A DNA stretch of 64,000 bases from an uncultured Clostridium sp. (GCA_947572725.1 CANPDB010000003.1:2296-66295), one strand, 5' to 3'; positions 1 through 10,400 are shown, counted from the stretch's first letter. The notes: generated by a model from the sequence alone, not told the origin. Made by a program: numbers and translations.

Positions 1-207
1 TTTTTCATATTAGTAGAACAATGACATTGAATTATATTTTACAAATATTTTTCTAATATAGCTTAAAATGATTGTCAGAATAATTTGCAAATACTTACTT
101 GATATGATAAAATATGAATGTGCTGAAAATACTATAATTTAAATAGTTATAAACGAAAATAGTATAATTAAGTACGTTACAAAAATACAAATAAAAGGGA
201 AATTTTA

Positions 208-669
208 ATGGAAGAAAAATTTATGAAAATGGCACTAAAAGAAGCAAGAAAAGCATATGATAAGTTGGAAATTCCTGTAGGTGCTGTTATTGTAAAAGAT
301 GGAAAAGTTATTGCAAAAGCTCATAATTTAAAAGAAACAAAATATGATACAACAAAGCATGCAGAAATTCTAGCAATACAGAAAGCAAGCAAAAAGCTAG
401 AAAGTTGGAGATTATTAGATTGTGAAATGTATGTAACATTAGAGCCTTGTTTTATGTGTGCAGGAGCAATAATTAATGCAAGGATAAAAAAACTTTATAT
501 AGGGACACTTGATAATAAAACAGGAGCAGCAGGTTCAGTATTAAATTTATTTGAAGATTACCCATTTAATCATAAAGTAGAAATAGAAAAACAAATAATG
601 CAAGCAGATTGTGAAAAAATATTAAAAGATTTCTTTAAAATGTTGAGAGAACTTAAAAGAAATAATTAA
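208..669 (+). CDS. tadA: tRNA-specific adenosine deaminase
   Basis: 153-aa ORF with deaminase zinc motifs HAE (KHAEILAI) and PCxxC (LEPCFMCAGAI). Lies upstream of ffs-dnaX, as is typical in Firmicutes. Confidence 0.9.
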   Translation: MEEKFMKMALKEARKAYDKLEIPVGAVIVKDGKVIAKAHNLKETKYDTTKHAEILAIQKASKKLESWRLLDCEMYVTLEPCFMCAGAIINARIKKLYIGTLDNKTGAAGSVLNLFEDYPFNHKVEIEKQIMQADCEKILKDFFKMLRELKRNN

Positions 670-691
670 TTATAATAATACGGAGGAAAAA

Positions 692-1441
692 ATGAAAGAA
701 CTTTTCAGAAAATTAATGAATAAAAAACATTTTCATATATCAGTAATAATAATTATTATTGCAATAATATTAGTTGTTTTAGGAGCTATTACTCTAAGAT
801 ATCATGTAGAAGGTGAAACTAATATGCCATTTAATTTATCTAAAATTACAATTATAAGCTCATCAGAGGGAATAGATAAAGAAGCGGGAGAAAATAGATG
901 GGCATTTAATGTTAATCAAAATAATGACATATTTTTATATATAGAAAAAAATAAAAATTATGAAAAAGATGAAGCAATAAAATCAGTAACTATTCAAAAT
1001 GTTCAAATTAATAAAACAAGCGAAAAAGGAGAGATTGCATTATATCATCCAGATAGATTGTTAGAAAGCGCAATATTTAGTAATAAAGATGAAAATAAAG
1101 TAGATAGTATTGAATATACAGGAGACATGGATTCAGATATGAAACAAATGAAAATATCAAATCAGGGTGGAATTGTGGCTTTTAGATATGCAAATAATAA
1201 CATAGCAGAATATATTTCAAATGATGAAGAAATTAATCATAGTAATTTGCTTAAAAAATTAGAATTTAAACAAGAAGATTTACAAGCAAAATTGACTTTT
1301 GATATTATAATAATGGTTGAATCAAGAAAAGAGTATCAAGCTACTATTTCCCTAGATGTTCCAATAGAGAATGTTATAGAAAATGGAACAACTTCTATAG
1401 AGATAACAGATTTAGATAATATTGTTTTTAAAAGAATTTAA
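692..1441 (+). CDS. hypothetical membrane-anchored protein
   Basis: 249-aa ORF with RBS GGAGG 8 nt upstream and one N-terminal TM helix (ISVIIIIIAIILVVLGAI). No recognisable domain. Confidence 0.6.
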   Translation: MKELFRKLMNKKHFHISVIIIIIAIILVVLGAITLRYHVEGETNMPFNLSKITIISSSEGIDKEAGENRWAFNVNQNNDIFLYIEKNKNYEKDEAIKSVTIQNVQINKTSEKGEIALYHPDRLLESAIFSNKDENKVDSIEYTGDMDSDMKQMKISNQGGIVAFRYANNNIAEYISNDEEINHSNLLKKLEFKQEDLQAKLTFDIIIMVESRKEYQATISLDVPIENVIENGTTSIEITDLDNIVFKRI

Positions 1442-1461
1442 ATAAGATTTTTGTATATTAC

Positions 1462-1490
1462 TTGATAAAATTAATAATTAATTATATAAT
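1462..1490 (+). promoter_or_regulatory. sigma-A type promoter for SRP RNA
   Basis: TTGATA, 17-nt spacer, TATAAT, ending about 7 nt before the predicted RNA 5-prime end. Confidence 0.55.
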
Positions 1491-1496
1491 ACAAAT

Positions 1497-1630
1497 GGTA
1501 TGTACTTAATCTTTGTATGGAGAGTATCCAATAAAGACCTATGAATCTTGTCAGGTCCGGAAGGAAGCAGCAATAAATAGTCATCTTTATGTGGAAACTT
1601 TCCATAGAGAGATTGAGTGCAGCCATTTTT
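1497..1630 (+). ncRNA. ffs: signal recognition particle RNA (small 4.5S-like form)
   Basis: Contains the universal domain IV motif GTCAGGTCCGGAAGGAAGCAGC (about 1550-1571). The 5-prime arm (GTACTTAATCTTTGTATGG) pairs with the 3-prime arm (CCATAGAGAGATTGAGTGC), followed by a T-run. Position just upstream of dnaX is conserved. Confidence 0.85.
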
Positions 1631-1654
1631 TAAGTATAAAGGATGTGAAAAAAT

Positions 1655-3289
1655 ATGGGGTACACAGCTCTTTATAGAAAATTTAGACCTCTAACTTTTA
1701 GTGAAATAGTAGGACAAGAACATATTACGCAAACATTAAAAAATCAAATTATAGCAAATAGAGTAGGACACGCATATTTATTTAATGGTAGCAGAGGAAC
1801 AGGAAAAACAAGTGCTGCCAAAGTTTTAGCAAGAGCTATCAATTGCCTAAATCCGAAGGATGGAGAGCCTTGCAATGAATGCGAAATCTGTAAAGGAGCA
1901 ATAAATGGATCTATTACAGATATTGTTGAAATGGATGCTGCATCTAACAATAGCGTAGAAGATATTAGAAGTATTAGAGAAGAAGTTAATTTTTTACCAA
2001 CAAAAGCAAAATATAGAGTATATATTATAGATGAAGTTCATATGTTATCAACAGGAGCATTTAATGCCTTGTTAAAGACATTAGAAGAGCCACCAGAACA
2101 TGTTAAATTTATCTTAGCAACAACAGAACCACAAAAATTGCCAGCAACAATTCTTTCAAGATGCCAAAGATTTGATTTTAAAAGAATATCAAATGAAAAC
2201 ATAAAAAAAAGGTTAGAAATTGTTTGTGAAGAAAGCAAAATAGAAGTAACAGAAGAAGCTTTAAATATAATAGCTGTGCTTTCTGAGGGTGCAATGAGAG
2301 ATGCATTATCAATTTTAGAAAGATGTATACAAGATGGAGAAAATAAAATTGATGAAGATAAAATAAAGGATTTAGTAGGAATTCCTAAAATAACATTTAT
2401 TCACAATATAACAGAAGCAATCATAGATTATAATGTGGATAAAGCATTAGAAAGCATAGATACTGTTTTAGAACAAGGAAAAGATATTACAAATGTACTT
2501 TGGGAAATAATAAAATACAATAAAGATATTTTAGTATATAAAGCATCAGGAAAAGTAGATTTATATAATAAGGAAGAAGTAGAAAATATACAAAAAATTG
2601 CAAACAAAGTATCAAAAGAAAAATTAATTGATTTAGTATATCAGTTATCTGAACTAGAAAACAATATAAAATGGTCTACTCAAAAAACAATTATGTTTCA
2701 AGCAGGAATTATAAAACTATGTAATAAAAATGCAGAAACTAACAGTAATATAGAAGAACGAGTAGAAAAAATAGAAAAATATTTAAAGTCTGGAAAAGGA
2801 ATTAGCGCAGGAATAAACTCAATCCCAGCAAATAATAATCAGATAAATAACCAAAATATACAACCAAGAGCCAATAGTGTAGTACCTAAATCAACAGTTA
2901 ATAATACTACAACGAGTAAGTCAAAAACAATAAATACTACTAAAAAATATTCAAATAAATCTGAGGAGTATTGGCCAGAAATCGTAAATGACCTAAAGCA
3001 AAATGGAAAAATAGTTTTGTATACTAATTTAATGAATACAAAAGCAGTTGAAATGAATGATATGACAGTCGGAATACAATTTCCAAATGGTATGACATCT
3101 TTTGGAAAGACAGTGTTAGAGAAACCAGAAAATGTTAGGGAAATAACTAATTTAGTGTCTATAGCTTGTGGAAAAGAAATGCAAATAAAATATATAGATA
3201 ATTCACAAGTAGAGACGATAGTAGATAAAGGAGAAGACTTGAAGAATTTAGCAAATGAGTCAGATATACCTTTTAATATAATTGATTAG
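1655..3289 (+). CDS. dnaX: DNA polymerase III subunit gamma/tau
   Basis: 544 aa. Walker A GSRGTGKTS, zinc module CxxCxxC (CNECEICK), DEVHML Walker B, SRC motif (ILSRCQRFDF). Confidence 0.95.
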   Translation: MGYTALYRKFRPLTFSEIVGQEHITQTLKNQIIANRVGHAYLFNGSRGTGKTSAAKVLARAINCLNPKDGEPCNECEICKGAINGSITDIVEMDAASNNSVEDIRSIREEVNFLPTKAKYRVYIIDEVHMLSTGAFNALLKTLEEPPEHVKFILATTEPQKLPATILSRCQRFDFKRISNENIKKRLEIVCEESKIEVTEEALNIIAVLSEGAMRDALSILERCIQDGENKIDEDKIKDLVGIPKITFIHNITEAIIDYNVDKALESIDTVLEQGKDITNVLWEIIKYNKDILVYKASGKVDLYNKEEVENIQKIANKVSKEKLIDLVYQLSELENNIKWSTQKTIMFQAGIIKLCNKNAETNSNIEERVEKIEKYLKSGKGISAGINSIPANNNQINNQNIQPRANSVVPKSTVNNTTTSKSKTINTTKKYSNKSEEYWPEIVNDLKQNGKIVLYTNLMNTKAVEMNDMTVGIQFPNGMTSFGKTVLEKPENVREITNLVSIACGKEMQIKYIDNSQVETIVDKGEDLKNLANESDIPFNIID

Positions 3290-3478
3290 AAAATACTAGA
3301 AGAGATAAAAATGTCTAAAGATAAAGCATTAAAAAATACATACTATTTAATCATAAGAATATGTAAAGACGAAGCATTAAAATAAAGAAATGTTATTTAA
3401 TTAATAAAAATTAAAATATTAAGATAAATGGAGATATCGAGAGATAATTATTCATTTATAGAGATAGGAGGAAATAAA

Positions 3479-3826
3479 ATGAGTAAAAGAGGTGGATTCC
3501 CAGGAGGAATGGGAGGATTCGGAGGAATGAATATTAATAACTTAATGAAAGAAGCTAAAAAAATGCAAGCAGACATGGAAAAGTCTCAAGCAGAATTAGC
3601 AGAAAAAGAATTTGAAGCATCAGCAGGTGGAGGAGCAATTAATGTAAAAGTTTCAGGAGAAAAAGTAATAAAAGAAATAAAAATAAAACCAGATGTTGTT
3701 GATCCAGAAGATGTTGAAATGTTAGAAGATTTAATTTTAACATGTGTTAATGAAGCATTAAGAAAAGTAGACTCAGCACAAGCAGATCAACTTGGAAAAT
3801 TTAATATACCAGGATTAGGATTTTAG
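3479..3826 (+). CDS. ybaB: nucleoid-associated protein YbaB/EbfC
   Basis: Start moved to the ATG after RBS AGGAGG. Gly-rich N-terminus, then [10 protein letters not shown]...[14 protein letters not shown] typical of the family. dnaX-ybaB-recR synteny. Confidence 0.9.
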   Translation: MSKRGGFPGGMGGFGGMNINNLMKEAKKMQADMEKSQAELAEKEFEASAGGGAINVKVSGEKVIKEIKIKPDVVDPEDVEMLEDLILTCVNEALRKVDSAQADQLGKFNIPGLGF

Positions 3827-3909
3827 AAATTTAATTGCGGTTTGATTTAGATTATTTTAAATAGTATAAATTTCAATATTGTAAGGCAATTAAAATGGAG
3901 GAAGTTTAA

Positions 3910-4509
3910 ATGTCACTATATTCACCATCAATAGAAAAATTAATAGAAAGTTTTGAGCGTTTACCAAGTATAGGACATAAAACAGCAGCTAGACTTGCTT
4001 TTTATATGTTAAACTGTACAGAAGAAGAAACAAATGAGTTTGTTTCTTCTATAATAAATGCTAAAAAAAGTCTAAAATATTGTAGTAAATGTTATAACAT
4101 ATCAGATACAGATCCTTGTTTTATTTGTAGTAATCCCAAAAGGGATGAAACTCAGATTTGCGTAGTAGAAGATGTAAGAGATATTATTGCCATGGAAAGA
4201 ACACATGAATTTAAAGGGGTTTATCATGTTTTACATGGTTCTATATCACCAATGAATGGAATTGGACCAGATGATATAAAAATTAAAGAATTATTATCAA
4301 GATTAATGGATGGACAAGTTAAAGAAGTTATTTTAGCAACAAATCCTAGAGTAGAAGGAGAAGCAACAGCTATGTATTTATCAAAATTAATTAAACCTCT
4401 TGGAGTTAAAGTAACTAGAATTGCTCATGGTATTCCAGTTGGTGGAGATTTAGAATATACAGATGAAATAACCTTAACAAAGGCATTAGAAGGCAGAAGA
4501 GAAGTCTAA
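3910..4509 (+). CDS. recR: recombination protein RecR
   Basis: 199 aa. HhH ([14 protein letters not shown]), C4 zinc finger (CSKCYN...CFIC), Toprim segment ([10 protein letters not shown]). Confidence 0.95.
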   Translation: MSLYSPSIEKLIESFERLPSIGHKTAARLAFYMLNCTEEETNEFVSSIINAKKSLKYCSKCYNISDTDPCFICSNPKRDETQICVVEDVRDIIAMERTHEFKGVYHVLHGSISPMNGIGPDDIKIKELLSRLMDGQVKEVILATNPRVEGEATAMYLSKLIKPLGVKVTRIAHGIPVGGDLEYTDEITLTKALEGRREV

Positions 4510-4682
4510 TTTTTTTCTTGAATTGCTTTTTTAGTAGCAATAATTCCTAGATTATCTCCAAGGCTATTAAAAAAATTAGATAAAATAGATAGTTCATCTG
4601 CATCTAGATTTTCTCCTAATAAAATAGCAAGAGAACTAGATAATCCAATTAAGTCACAACTAGATAAATTGTTAAAAGACAT
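4506..4682 (-). CDS. small hypothetical protein (58 aa)
   Basis: Not in the ORF track because it is under 60 aa. ATG at 4682 follows RBS GAGGTG. Translates to [58 protein letters not shown]. Its stop overlaps the recR stop codon. Confidence 0.4.
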   Translation of the reverse strand: MSFNNLSSCDLIGLSSSLAILLGENLDADELSILSNFFNSLGDNLGIIATKKAIQEKN

Positions 4683-4875
4683 AAAAACACCTCATTAAAA
4701 TAGAAGATAACTAAATTTAGTAGTAAAAGATATTTTGTTATTGCAGATACTAAATTAAGTGCACTTTATATTATAATATGAAGTGTTTTTTATTTTGTTA
4801 TAAGTTATAACTTATATTAAGTTATATAAATTTATATTTAAAATAAGTTTGAATTTTTGAACGCTATATTAATTT

Positions 4876-5997
4876 TTATCCTAAAAGTATTTTACAGATT
4901 TCATCAGTTGAAAAAGGTTTTGCAAGAATATTTGTATTTTTTTTCATATTTTTTAATTTTTCTTTATTAGATAATAAAAGGTCAAATACAATTTTACTTT
5001 CATTACTATTTCTTATCCAAACGGCAATTCCCTTACTTTCTAGAAATTCTGCATTTTCTTTTTCTTGACCAGGAATAGGGTTAATAATAACCATAGGCAA
5101 ATGAGATGCAAGACTTTCTGAAGTTGTTAGTCCACCTGGTTTTGTAACAACTAAATTAGAAATACTCATTAATTCTGGAACTTTGTTTGTATATGATAGT
5201 ATTTTTACAGCTTCAGATTTATTATATTTTTTTACTACATTTTCGAAATTTTCTTTCATTTCTGGATTTTTACCAGCAATGGCAATTACTTGCATATTTC
5301 CATCAAATTGTACTAAATTTTCAAAAATTTTTATTGTTTTTGTTTTTCCAAGACCATATTCTCCGCCACCAAAAAATAAGATTGTCTGTTTTTCGGGAGA
5401 TAAATTAAATTCTTTTAATATGTTTTCTTTATTATGTTTTTCTGTAAAACGACTAGAAATTGGTATTCCAGTTGCATATACTTTTTCTTTAGGAATATTT
5501 TTGCTAATTAAATATTCTTTCATAGCTTCATGTGCAACAAAATAATAGTCTGTGAAATCATTCCCAACTAACCATTGATCATGTGGAGCAAAATCAGTCA
5601 TAATTGTCGCAATTTTCGCAGATATTTTTCCCTTTCGTTTTAGATAACTACACATTTGGCTTCCAAAAGGATGAGTAGAAATAATTAAATCTGGATTTTT
5701 TTCTCTTAATAATTTAAGAAGTTTTATTGCCATAATTTTGTTTGACCTAGAAGAAAGATGTGCTAAAGGTCCTTTTTGTGAATCAGCATATATTCTTCCC
5801 CAAGCCCAAGGTGCTTTTTTTGCCATTTCATTGTAAGCCGAAGTTGTTACTTTTTCAATTGTTTTATTAATATATTTCATACAATCTATTAATTCAATAT
5901 CTGAATTATGATAATTGTTTATTATACAATCATTTATTGATTTAGCAGCATTTAAATGTCCTCCTCCATAAGAGGCATAAAAAATTAGTATTTTCAT
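4876..5997 (-). CDS. glycosyltransferase family 28, MGDG synthase / UgtP-like diacylglycerol glycosyltransferase
   Basis: Start taken at MKILIFYASYGGGH, the typical N-terminus. C-terminal GT-B signature (KPGGLTTSESLASHLPMVIINPIPGQEKENAEFL). Confidence 0.8.
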   Translation of the reverse strand: MKILIFYASYGGGHLNAAKSINDCIINNYHNSDIELIDCMKYINKTIEKVTTSAYNEMAKKAPWAWGRIYADSQKGPLAHLSSRSNKIMAIKLLKLLREKNPDLIISTHPFGSQMCSYLKRKGKISAKIATIMTDFAPHDQWLVGNDFTDYYFVAHEAMKEYLISKNIPKEKVYATGIPISSRFTEKHNKENILKEFNLSPEKQTILFFGGGEYGLGKTKTIKIFENLVQFDGNMQVIAIAGKNPEMKENFENVVKKYNKSEAVKILSYTNKVPELMSISNLVVTKPGGLTTSESLASHLPMVIINPIPGQEKENAEFLESKGIAVWIRNSNESKIVFDLLLSNKEKLKNMKKNTNILAKPFSTDEICKILLG

Positions 5998-6030
5998 AAA
6001 TTCTCCTTTTTGCATTAATTTTATCATTAT

Positions 6031-6335
6031 TATAATTTAGATTTAAAATTATCTACTCGCTCCCAGGAGTTTATATTTTAATATTTTTTCGTTATCCCCA
6101 TTCTAAAAATACAAAACCAAGATTTTCTAAACAAGCTTGCTTGTAAGAAAATATAAATTTTGCATAATTAATTTCTACGTCAAGTGCATAAATGCACTTT
6201 CCTAGAACTTAAAAACCTAACAAAAGTTCATAGAACTTTTGAGGATTTTTGAACGGTCCCCACAATTTCACTTCAAAATATTAAAATATAGAACTCCTTC
6301 GCGCTATTTTAAATGTTTTGATTCTAAATTATAAC
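6031..6335. repeat. nested-hairpin repeat, family 1 (CTCCCA...CGGTCCCCAC), copy A with its flanking palindrome
   Basis: The 6053-6315 core aligns with copies at 38712-38857, 22780-22937 and 48896-49036 (reverse). The outer arms GGAGTTTATATTTTAATATTTT and AAAATATTAAAATATAGAACTCC pair. The flanks TATAATTTAGA and TCTAAATTATA are also inverted. Confidence 0.85.
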
Positions 6336-6470
6336 TTACTATTACAAATTTTGTTAATTAAAATTTTAGTATAATGATTTTATCATATATAATAAAAAAT
6401 TTCAAAAAATGGAATATTTTTTAAGAAACAATACAAAATAAGTATAGTATAAAAGAAAAAGGGTGATATT

Positions 6471-6947
6471 TTGAAAAGTATAATAAAAATAGCAATACTA
6501 TTATTAACATTAATAGTGACAATAATTTCAATTATTTTATTAACAACCATTGTAGGAGAGCAAAATATAAGTTATGCTGCTGCATCAACAACTTCAGACA
6601 TTCAACTTATGGCAAGAGCAATCAATGGAGAAGCGAGAGGAGAACCTTATGAAGGGCAAGTAGCAGTTGGAGCTGTAATTTTAAATAGGGTCAAAAACTC
6701 AAGTTTCCCTAACACCATAGCAGGTGTAATATATCAATCAGGAGCATTTACAGCAGTAGCAGATGGACAAATTAATCAACCTATTGCAGAAGGATCAACA
6801 GTATATAAAGCAGCACAAGACGCAAGAAATGGATGGGATCCGACAAATGGCTGTATTTATTATTTTAATCCACAAACTGCTACTAATAAGTGGATATGGT
6901 CTAGACCATTAGTAAAAACAATTGGAAAGCACAGATTTTGTAAATGA
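6471..6947 (+). CDS. sleB: spore cortex-lytic enzyme, SleB/CwlJ family cell wall hydrolase
   Basis: TTG start after a GGGTGA RBS. Hydrolase_2 signature ARAINGEARGEPYEGQVAVGAVILNRV...AGVIYQSGAFTAV. Followed by ypeB. Confidence 0.85.
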   Translation: MKSIIKIAILLLTLIVTIISIILLTTIVGEQNISYAAASTTSDIQLMARAINGEARGEPYEGQVAVGAVILNRVKNSSFPNTIAGVIYQSGAFTAVADGQINQPIAEGSTVYKAAQDARNGWDPTNGCIYYFNPQTATNKWIWSRPLVKTIGKHRFCK

Positions 6948-7081
6948 GACACTTGGGACGGTGCGAAAATGTCTCATAATTAAATTGAAAAATGTCGAAA
7001 GTAAAATAAAATTATAATTAAATATGTTATGACAAAAAACGACAAAAAGATGAGACATTTTTGGACCGTCCCAAGTGTCTC
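6946..7081. repeat. family 2 paired-hairpin element (30-bp inverted terminal hairpins)
   Basis: GAGACACTTGGGACGGTGCGAAAATGTCTC (6946-6975) and GAGACATTTTTGGACCGTCCCAAGTGTCTC (7052-7081) are reverse complements with 2 mismatches. Each is itself a hairpin. The element exactly fills the sleB-ypeB gap. Confidence 0.85.
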
Positions 7082-7097
7082 AAGAAAGGAAAGTTTT

Positions 7098-8471
7098 ATG
7101 AATAAATTAGTAGATTGGAAAAATAGGTTAAAAAAAGGGCATATGTTAAGTGTAATTTGTGCACTTTTAATTATTGTAGCTATATTAGGTGTTATTTTAT
7201 ATAAAAAGCAAAGAGAATATAGACAAGCATCTGAAAATAGTTATAATATGGCATTTTATGAATTAGTAGATTATGTACAAAACGTGGAAACATATTTAGC
7301 GAAATCGTTAATTTCTACAACTCCTGAACATGGAGCAGAAACTTTAACAAATTTATGGAGAGAAGCTAATCTTGCACAAAGCTATTTAAGTATGTTACCA
7401 ATAGAAAGTCAAGAACTAGCAAATACAGAGAAGTTTCTAAATCAGGTAAGTGATTATAGTTATTCATTATCAAGAAAGAATATTTATAATGAAAGTCTGT
7501 CAGATGAAGACTTAAAAAATTTAAAAGATTTATATGGATATAGTGTAGAATTAGAAAATACTTTAAATCAACTATCAGAAGATTTAAATACAGGAAGACT
7601 AGAATGGGGAGAATTAACTAAAAAAGGAAATATAGCATTTGCACAGCAAGTAGATAATATATCAAAAGAGAGTTTTAGTAATTTGGAAGAAAATTTCCAC
7701 GAGTATTCAGGATTAATTTATGATGGAGCATTTTCAGAACATATTACAAGTAATGAGGCAAAAGGTTTAACAGGAGAAGACATAAGCGAAGAACAAGCAA
7801 AAGAAAAGGCAGAAAATTTAATAGGAAAAGAAAATATAAAAGAAATATCAAACTTAGGATATTCAGAAAACGCAACTATTCCAGTATATGATTTTTCAAT
7901 AACAAATAATAATGATGAGTCAATAAATGTATCAATTTCGAAAAAAGGTGGACACATTGTATATATGAATTCAAACAGAGATGTAAATGCAGAAATGATA
8001 TCACAAGAAAAAGCAAATGAGAAAGGTAAAGAGTATTTAACACAAAAGGGATTTCCTAATATGAAAGAGACATATTATTTAAAACAAGAGGGAATAGTAA
8101 CAATTAATTATGCTTATACACAAAATAATGTAATTGTATATTCTGATTTAATAAAAGTAAAGGTTGCATTAGACAATGGGGAAGTCTTAGGGATAGAAAC
8201 AACAGGTTATCTAAATAATCACCAAGAAAGAGATACTAAAAATGTGAAAATTACTAAAGAACAGGCAAAACGAAATTTAAATAAAGAATTAACTATAGAA
8301 AGTGAAGGAATGGCAATTATTCCAACAGAATGGAAAACAGAAATACTTTGTTACGAATTTAAAGGAAGAGTAGAAGAAAAAGAATTTTTAGTTTATATTA
8401 ATGCGGAAAATGGAAGAGAAGAAGATATTTTAGTTATTACAAATACTCCAAATGGTACACTTACTATGTAA
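7098..8471 (+). CDS. ypeB: germination protein YpeB
   Basis: Start moved to MNKLVDW (RBS AAAGGAAAG); the track start at 7029 reads through the repeat. N-terminal TM helix and C-terminal PepSY-like repeats. Conserved sleB-ypeB pairing. Confidence 0.8.
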   Translation: MNKLVDWKNRLKKGHMLSVICALLIIVAILGVILYKKQREYRQASENSYNMAFYELVDYVQNVETYLAKSLISTTPEHGAETLTNLWREANLAQSYLSMLPIESQELANTEKFLNQVSDYSYSLSRKNIYNESLSDEDLKNLKDLYGYSVELENTLNQLSEDLNTGRLEWGELTKKGNIAFAQQVDNISKESFSNLEENFHEYSGLIYDGAFSEHITSNEAKGLTGEDISEEQAKEKAENLIGKENIKEISNLGYSENATIPVYDFSITNNNDESINVSISKKGGHIVYMNSNRDVNAEMISQEKANEKGKEYLTQKGFPNMKETYYLKQEGIVTINYAYTQNNVIVYSDLIKVKVALDNGEVLGIETTGYLNNHQERDTKNVKITKEQAKRNLNKELTIESEGMAIIPTEWKTEILCYEFKGRVEEKEFLVYINAENGREEDILVITNTPNGTLTM

Positions 8472-8755
8472 GTTGCCAAGAGGGACGGGTTTTTTTGGCA
8501 ACTTTTGTTTATCAATTAGAATAAAATAAAAAATTCTAAAATCTGAAAAAAGTGCATTGAAAGTAATTAAATTAGAAATTATTAATTTGGTTTATGGAAA
8601 TAGTTTATTTTTAATGAAAGGGTGCCATAAACCAAATTTAAAATTTCTATGAAAATTAGCTTGAACAAGCATTTTTGATAATTTTAGAATTATTTATTTT
8701 TATTATATATAAATAACGGATAAAGTTGCCCAAAAGACCCGTCCCTTTTGGCAAC
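8472..8755. repeat. family 2 paired-hairpin element, about 285-bp imperfect palindrome
   Basis: GTTGCCAAGAGGGACGGGTTTTTTTGGCAAC (8472-8502) and GTTGCCCAAAAGACCCGTCCCTTTTGGCAAC (8725-8755) are inverted copies. The interior has further inverted pairs (AATTCTAAAAT / ATTTTAGAATT; TTTGGTTTATGG / CCATAAACCAAA). Confidence 0.85.
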
Positions 8756-8765
8756 TTTTAGCATT

Positions 8766-10400
8766 TTAGTGTCTTTTATACATATCTCTTGATAATAATT
8801 CTTGAGATATTATTTTTCCATCTCGTTTTAAGATTTTATATGCTTCAGAATATATTGCTGTTCTACTTCTTCCTGTTTCATATGCACTAATTTGTACTTC
8901 GCAATCGTCTTCTTGTTTTAAACCAAATATTTGAAAATTAGCTACTCCATTTGCAACAGAACAAACTAGTTTAATTGGATATTGTCTATTGTTTTTAAAT
9001 TGAAAATCTATTGCACCATATACAACTGTTGCGTCTCTGCTTGCGGGTGCGTATGATGGAACGAATTGATGGTTTGTTCTTTGGACTATTTCTAAATTTG
9101 CATATAAAACTGCATTGTATAATGTTGTTGTTACTTGGCATATTCCTCCACCTATACCATCTACAACTTTTCCTTCAACATATATAGGAGCTTCTCTATA
9201 TCCTGCTGAGATTGTCCTTGCACCAACTACTTTATTATATGAAAAGGTTTCTCCTGACATTATTACAGTTCCATTAATTTTGTTTGCAGCTAATATTAAG
9301 TTTGTAGTTCTGTTTCTATTACTTACAGCGTAATTGGTAGAATATGTAGATAGCAAATCTGGAAATGCTTCTGTTCCTATCATATTTGTACTAACATTTG
9401 GGTATAATATCTTTAAAGGTATTGTATACTCTTCTTTTTTTTCAGATTCTATTATTGCTTTGGCTTCTTCTAATGAAATATTAAAATCTATACCATTTTC
9501 AGAAGGAAATACAGAAAATGGTTCTTTTGTATAATAAGCGTCAACAGGGTCTTTTTTTATTTCATTATATATTTTATCTATATCTATAGGATCTGGTTGT
9601 TGAGTTGTAACCGCTATTTCAATTGGAACATTATCATGGGAAAAATCGGAGATGGCAGTTTTTATTAATTCAGTTGTAGCGTTTATATCTACTACTTTAC
9701 CTTCTTTTCCTGGAGTTATAATTAGATTAGAGTCTTCTATATAATAACTACTTTGAATAACTGCATCTGGCAATTGTGTTGAAATATCTTCTAAATTTTT
9801 TGATAATTGTTCTTTATTAATAATTAATCTTGGTTCAATATTAACTTTTCCAAACATAGCAGATAATATGTATAAATTATTTTGAAAAATATTTCCTTGT
9901 CTTCCTATATGATATGCTGAATCAGTAGCTGATTTTATATCAAATGAAGTATCAATTTGTGAAAGTGAAATAGATGTCTCAAAATCTCCATATTTTAATG
10001 TTATTTCTTCAGGCAAGTTTTGTTCAACATATTTCTCTAGTTGATATTTGGCATCTGATTTGCTTAAATGTGAAACATTATATCCTTTAATATGTACACC
10101 TGAAATAATATTGCTGTTTAACATATTATAACAAGTTAAAATCAAAAATAATACTATTATAATTACAAATAATATAATAAGTAATATCTTAAATATTGAA
10201 AAAACACTTTTTTCGTTTTGGTTATTGTTTTCAGATATTTCTTTTACTGGTACAAATTTTTCTACACTTTTTTCAACAGACTTGTCTATATTAGTATTTT
10301 TGGTTTCGGATTGTTCAGTAGGTTCAGCTAAATTAGTATCAATATCTTCAGAAATAATTTCTTGTTTTTCTAAATCTTTTTCCTTTTCTTTAACGCTCAT
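8766..10400 (-). CDS. VanW family protein
   Basis: 544 aa. N-terminal TM helix. C-terminal VanW signature (GGGICQVTTTLYNAVLYANLEIVQRTNHQF). Confidence 0.85.
   Translation of the reverse strand: MSVKEKEKDLEKQEIISEDIDTNLAEPTEQSETKNTNIDKSVEKSVEKFVPVKEISENNNQNEKSVFSIFKILLIILFVIIIVLFLILTCYNMLNSNIISGVHIKGYNVSHLSKSDAKYQLEKYVEQNLPEEITLKYGDFETSISLSQIDTSFDIKSATDSAYHIGRQGNIFQNNLYILSAMFGKVNIEPRLIINKEQLSKNLEDISTQLPDAVIQSSYYIEDSNLIITPGKEGKVVDINATTELIKTAISDFSHDNVPIEIAVTTQQPDPIDIDKIYNEIKKDPVDAYYTKEPFSVFPSENGIDFNISLEEAKAIIESEKKEEYTIPLKILYPNVSTNMIGTEAFPDLLSTYSTNYAVSNRNRTTNLILAANKINGTVIMSGETFSYNKVVGARTISAGYREAPIYVEGKVVDGIGGGICQVTTTLYNAVLYANLEIVQRTNHQFVPSYAPASRDATVVYGAIDFQFKNNRQYPIKLVCSVANGVANFQIFGLKQEDDCEVQISAYETGRSRTAIYSEAYKILKRDGKIISQELLSRDMYKRH

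Noticed and set aside
2203-2210. A8 run in dnaX as a possible programmed -1 frameshift site, as in E. coli tau/gamma.
   Set aside because: It lies at about codon 184, inside the ATPase/clamp-loader core. A shift there would destroy the protein rather than produce a gamma-like product. No downstream stem-loop is evident.
3290-3478. 24-aa ORF (3311-3385), and the upstream extension of ybaB from 3428.
   Set aside because: There is no convincing RBS or conservation argument for either. The ATG at 3479 has an AGGAGG RBS and gives the canonical YbaB N-terminus.
7029-7097. N-terminal extensions of ypeB (7029), the yhaO-like gene (19489), the yfcE-like gene (24327) and minC (51886).
   Set aside because: The extensions translate through family 2 hairpin repeats and lack RBSs. 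Internal ATGs with good RBSs give N-termini that match the protein families.
6946-8755. Possible CRISPR array, because similar GC-cored repeats recur.
   Set aside because: The repeats are in inverted rather than direct orientation and are irregularly spaced. They are scattered across the window between genes, and no cas genes are present.
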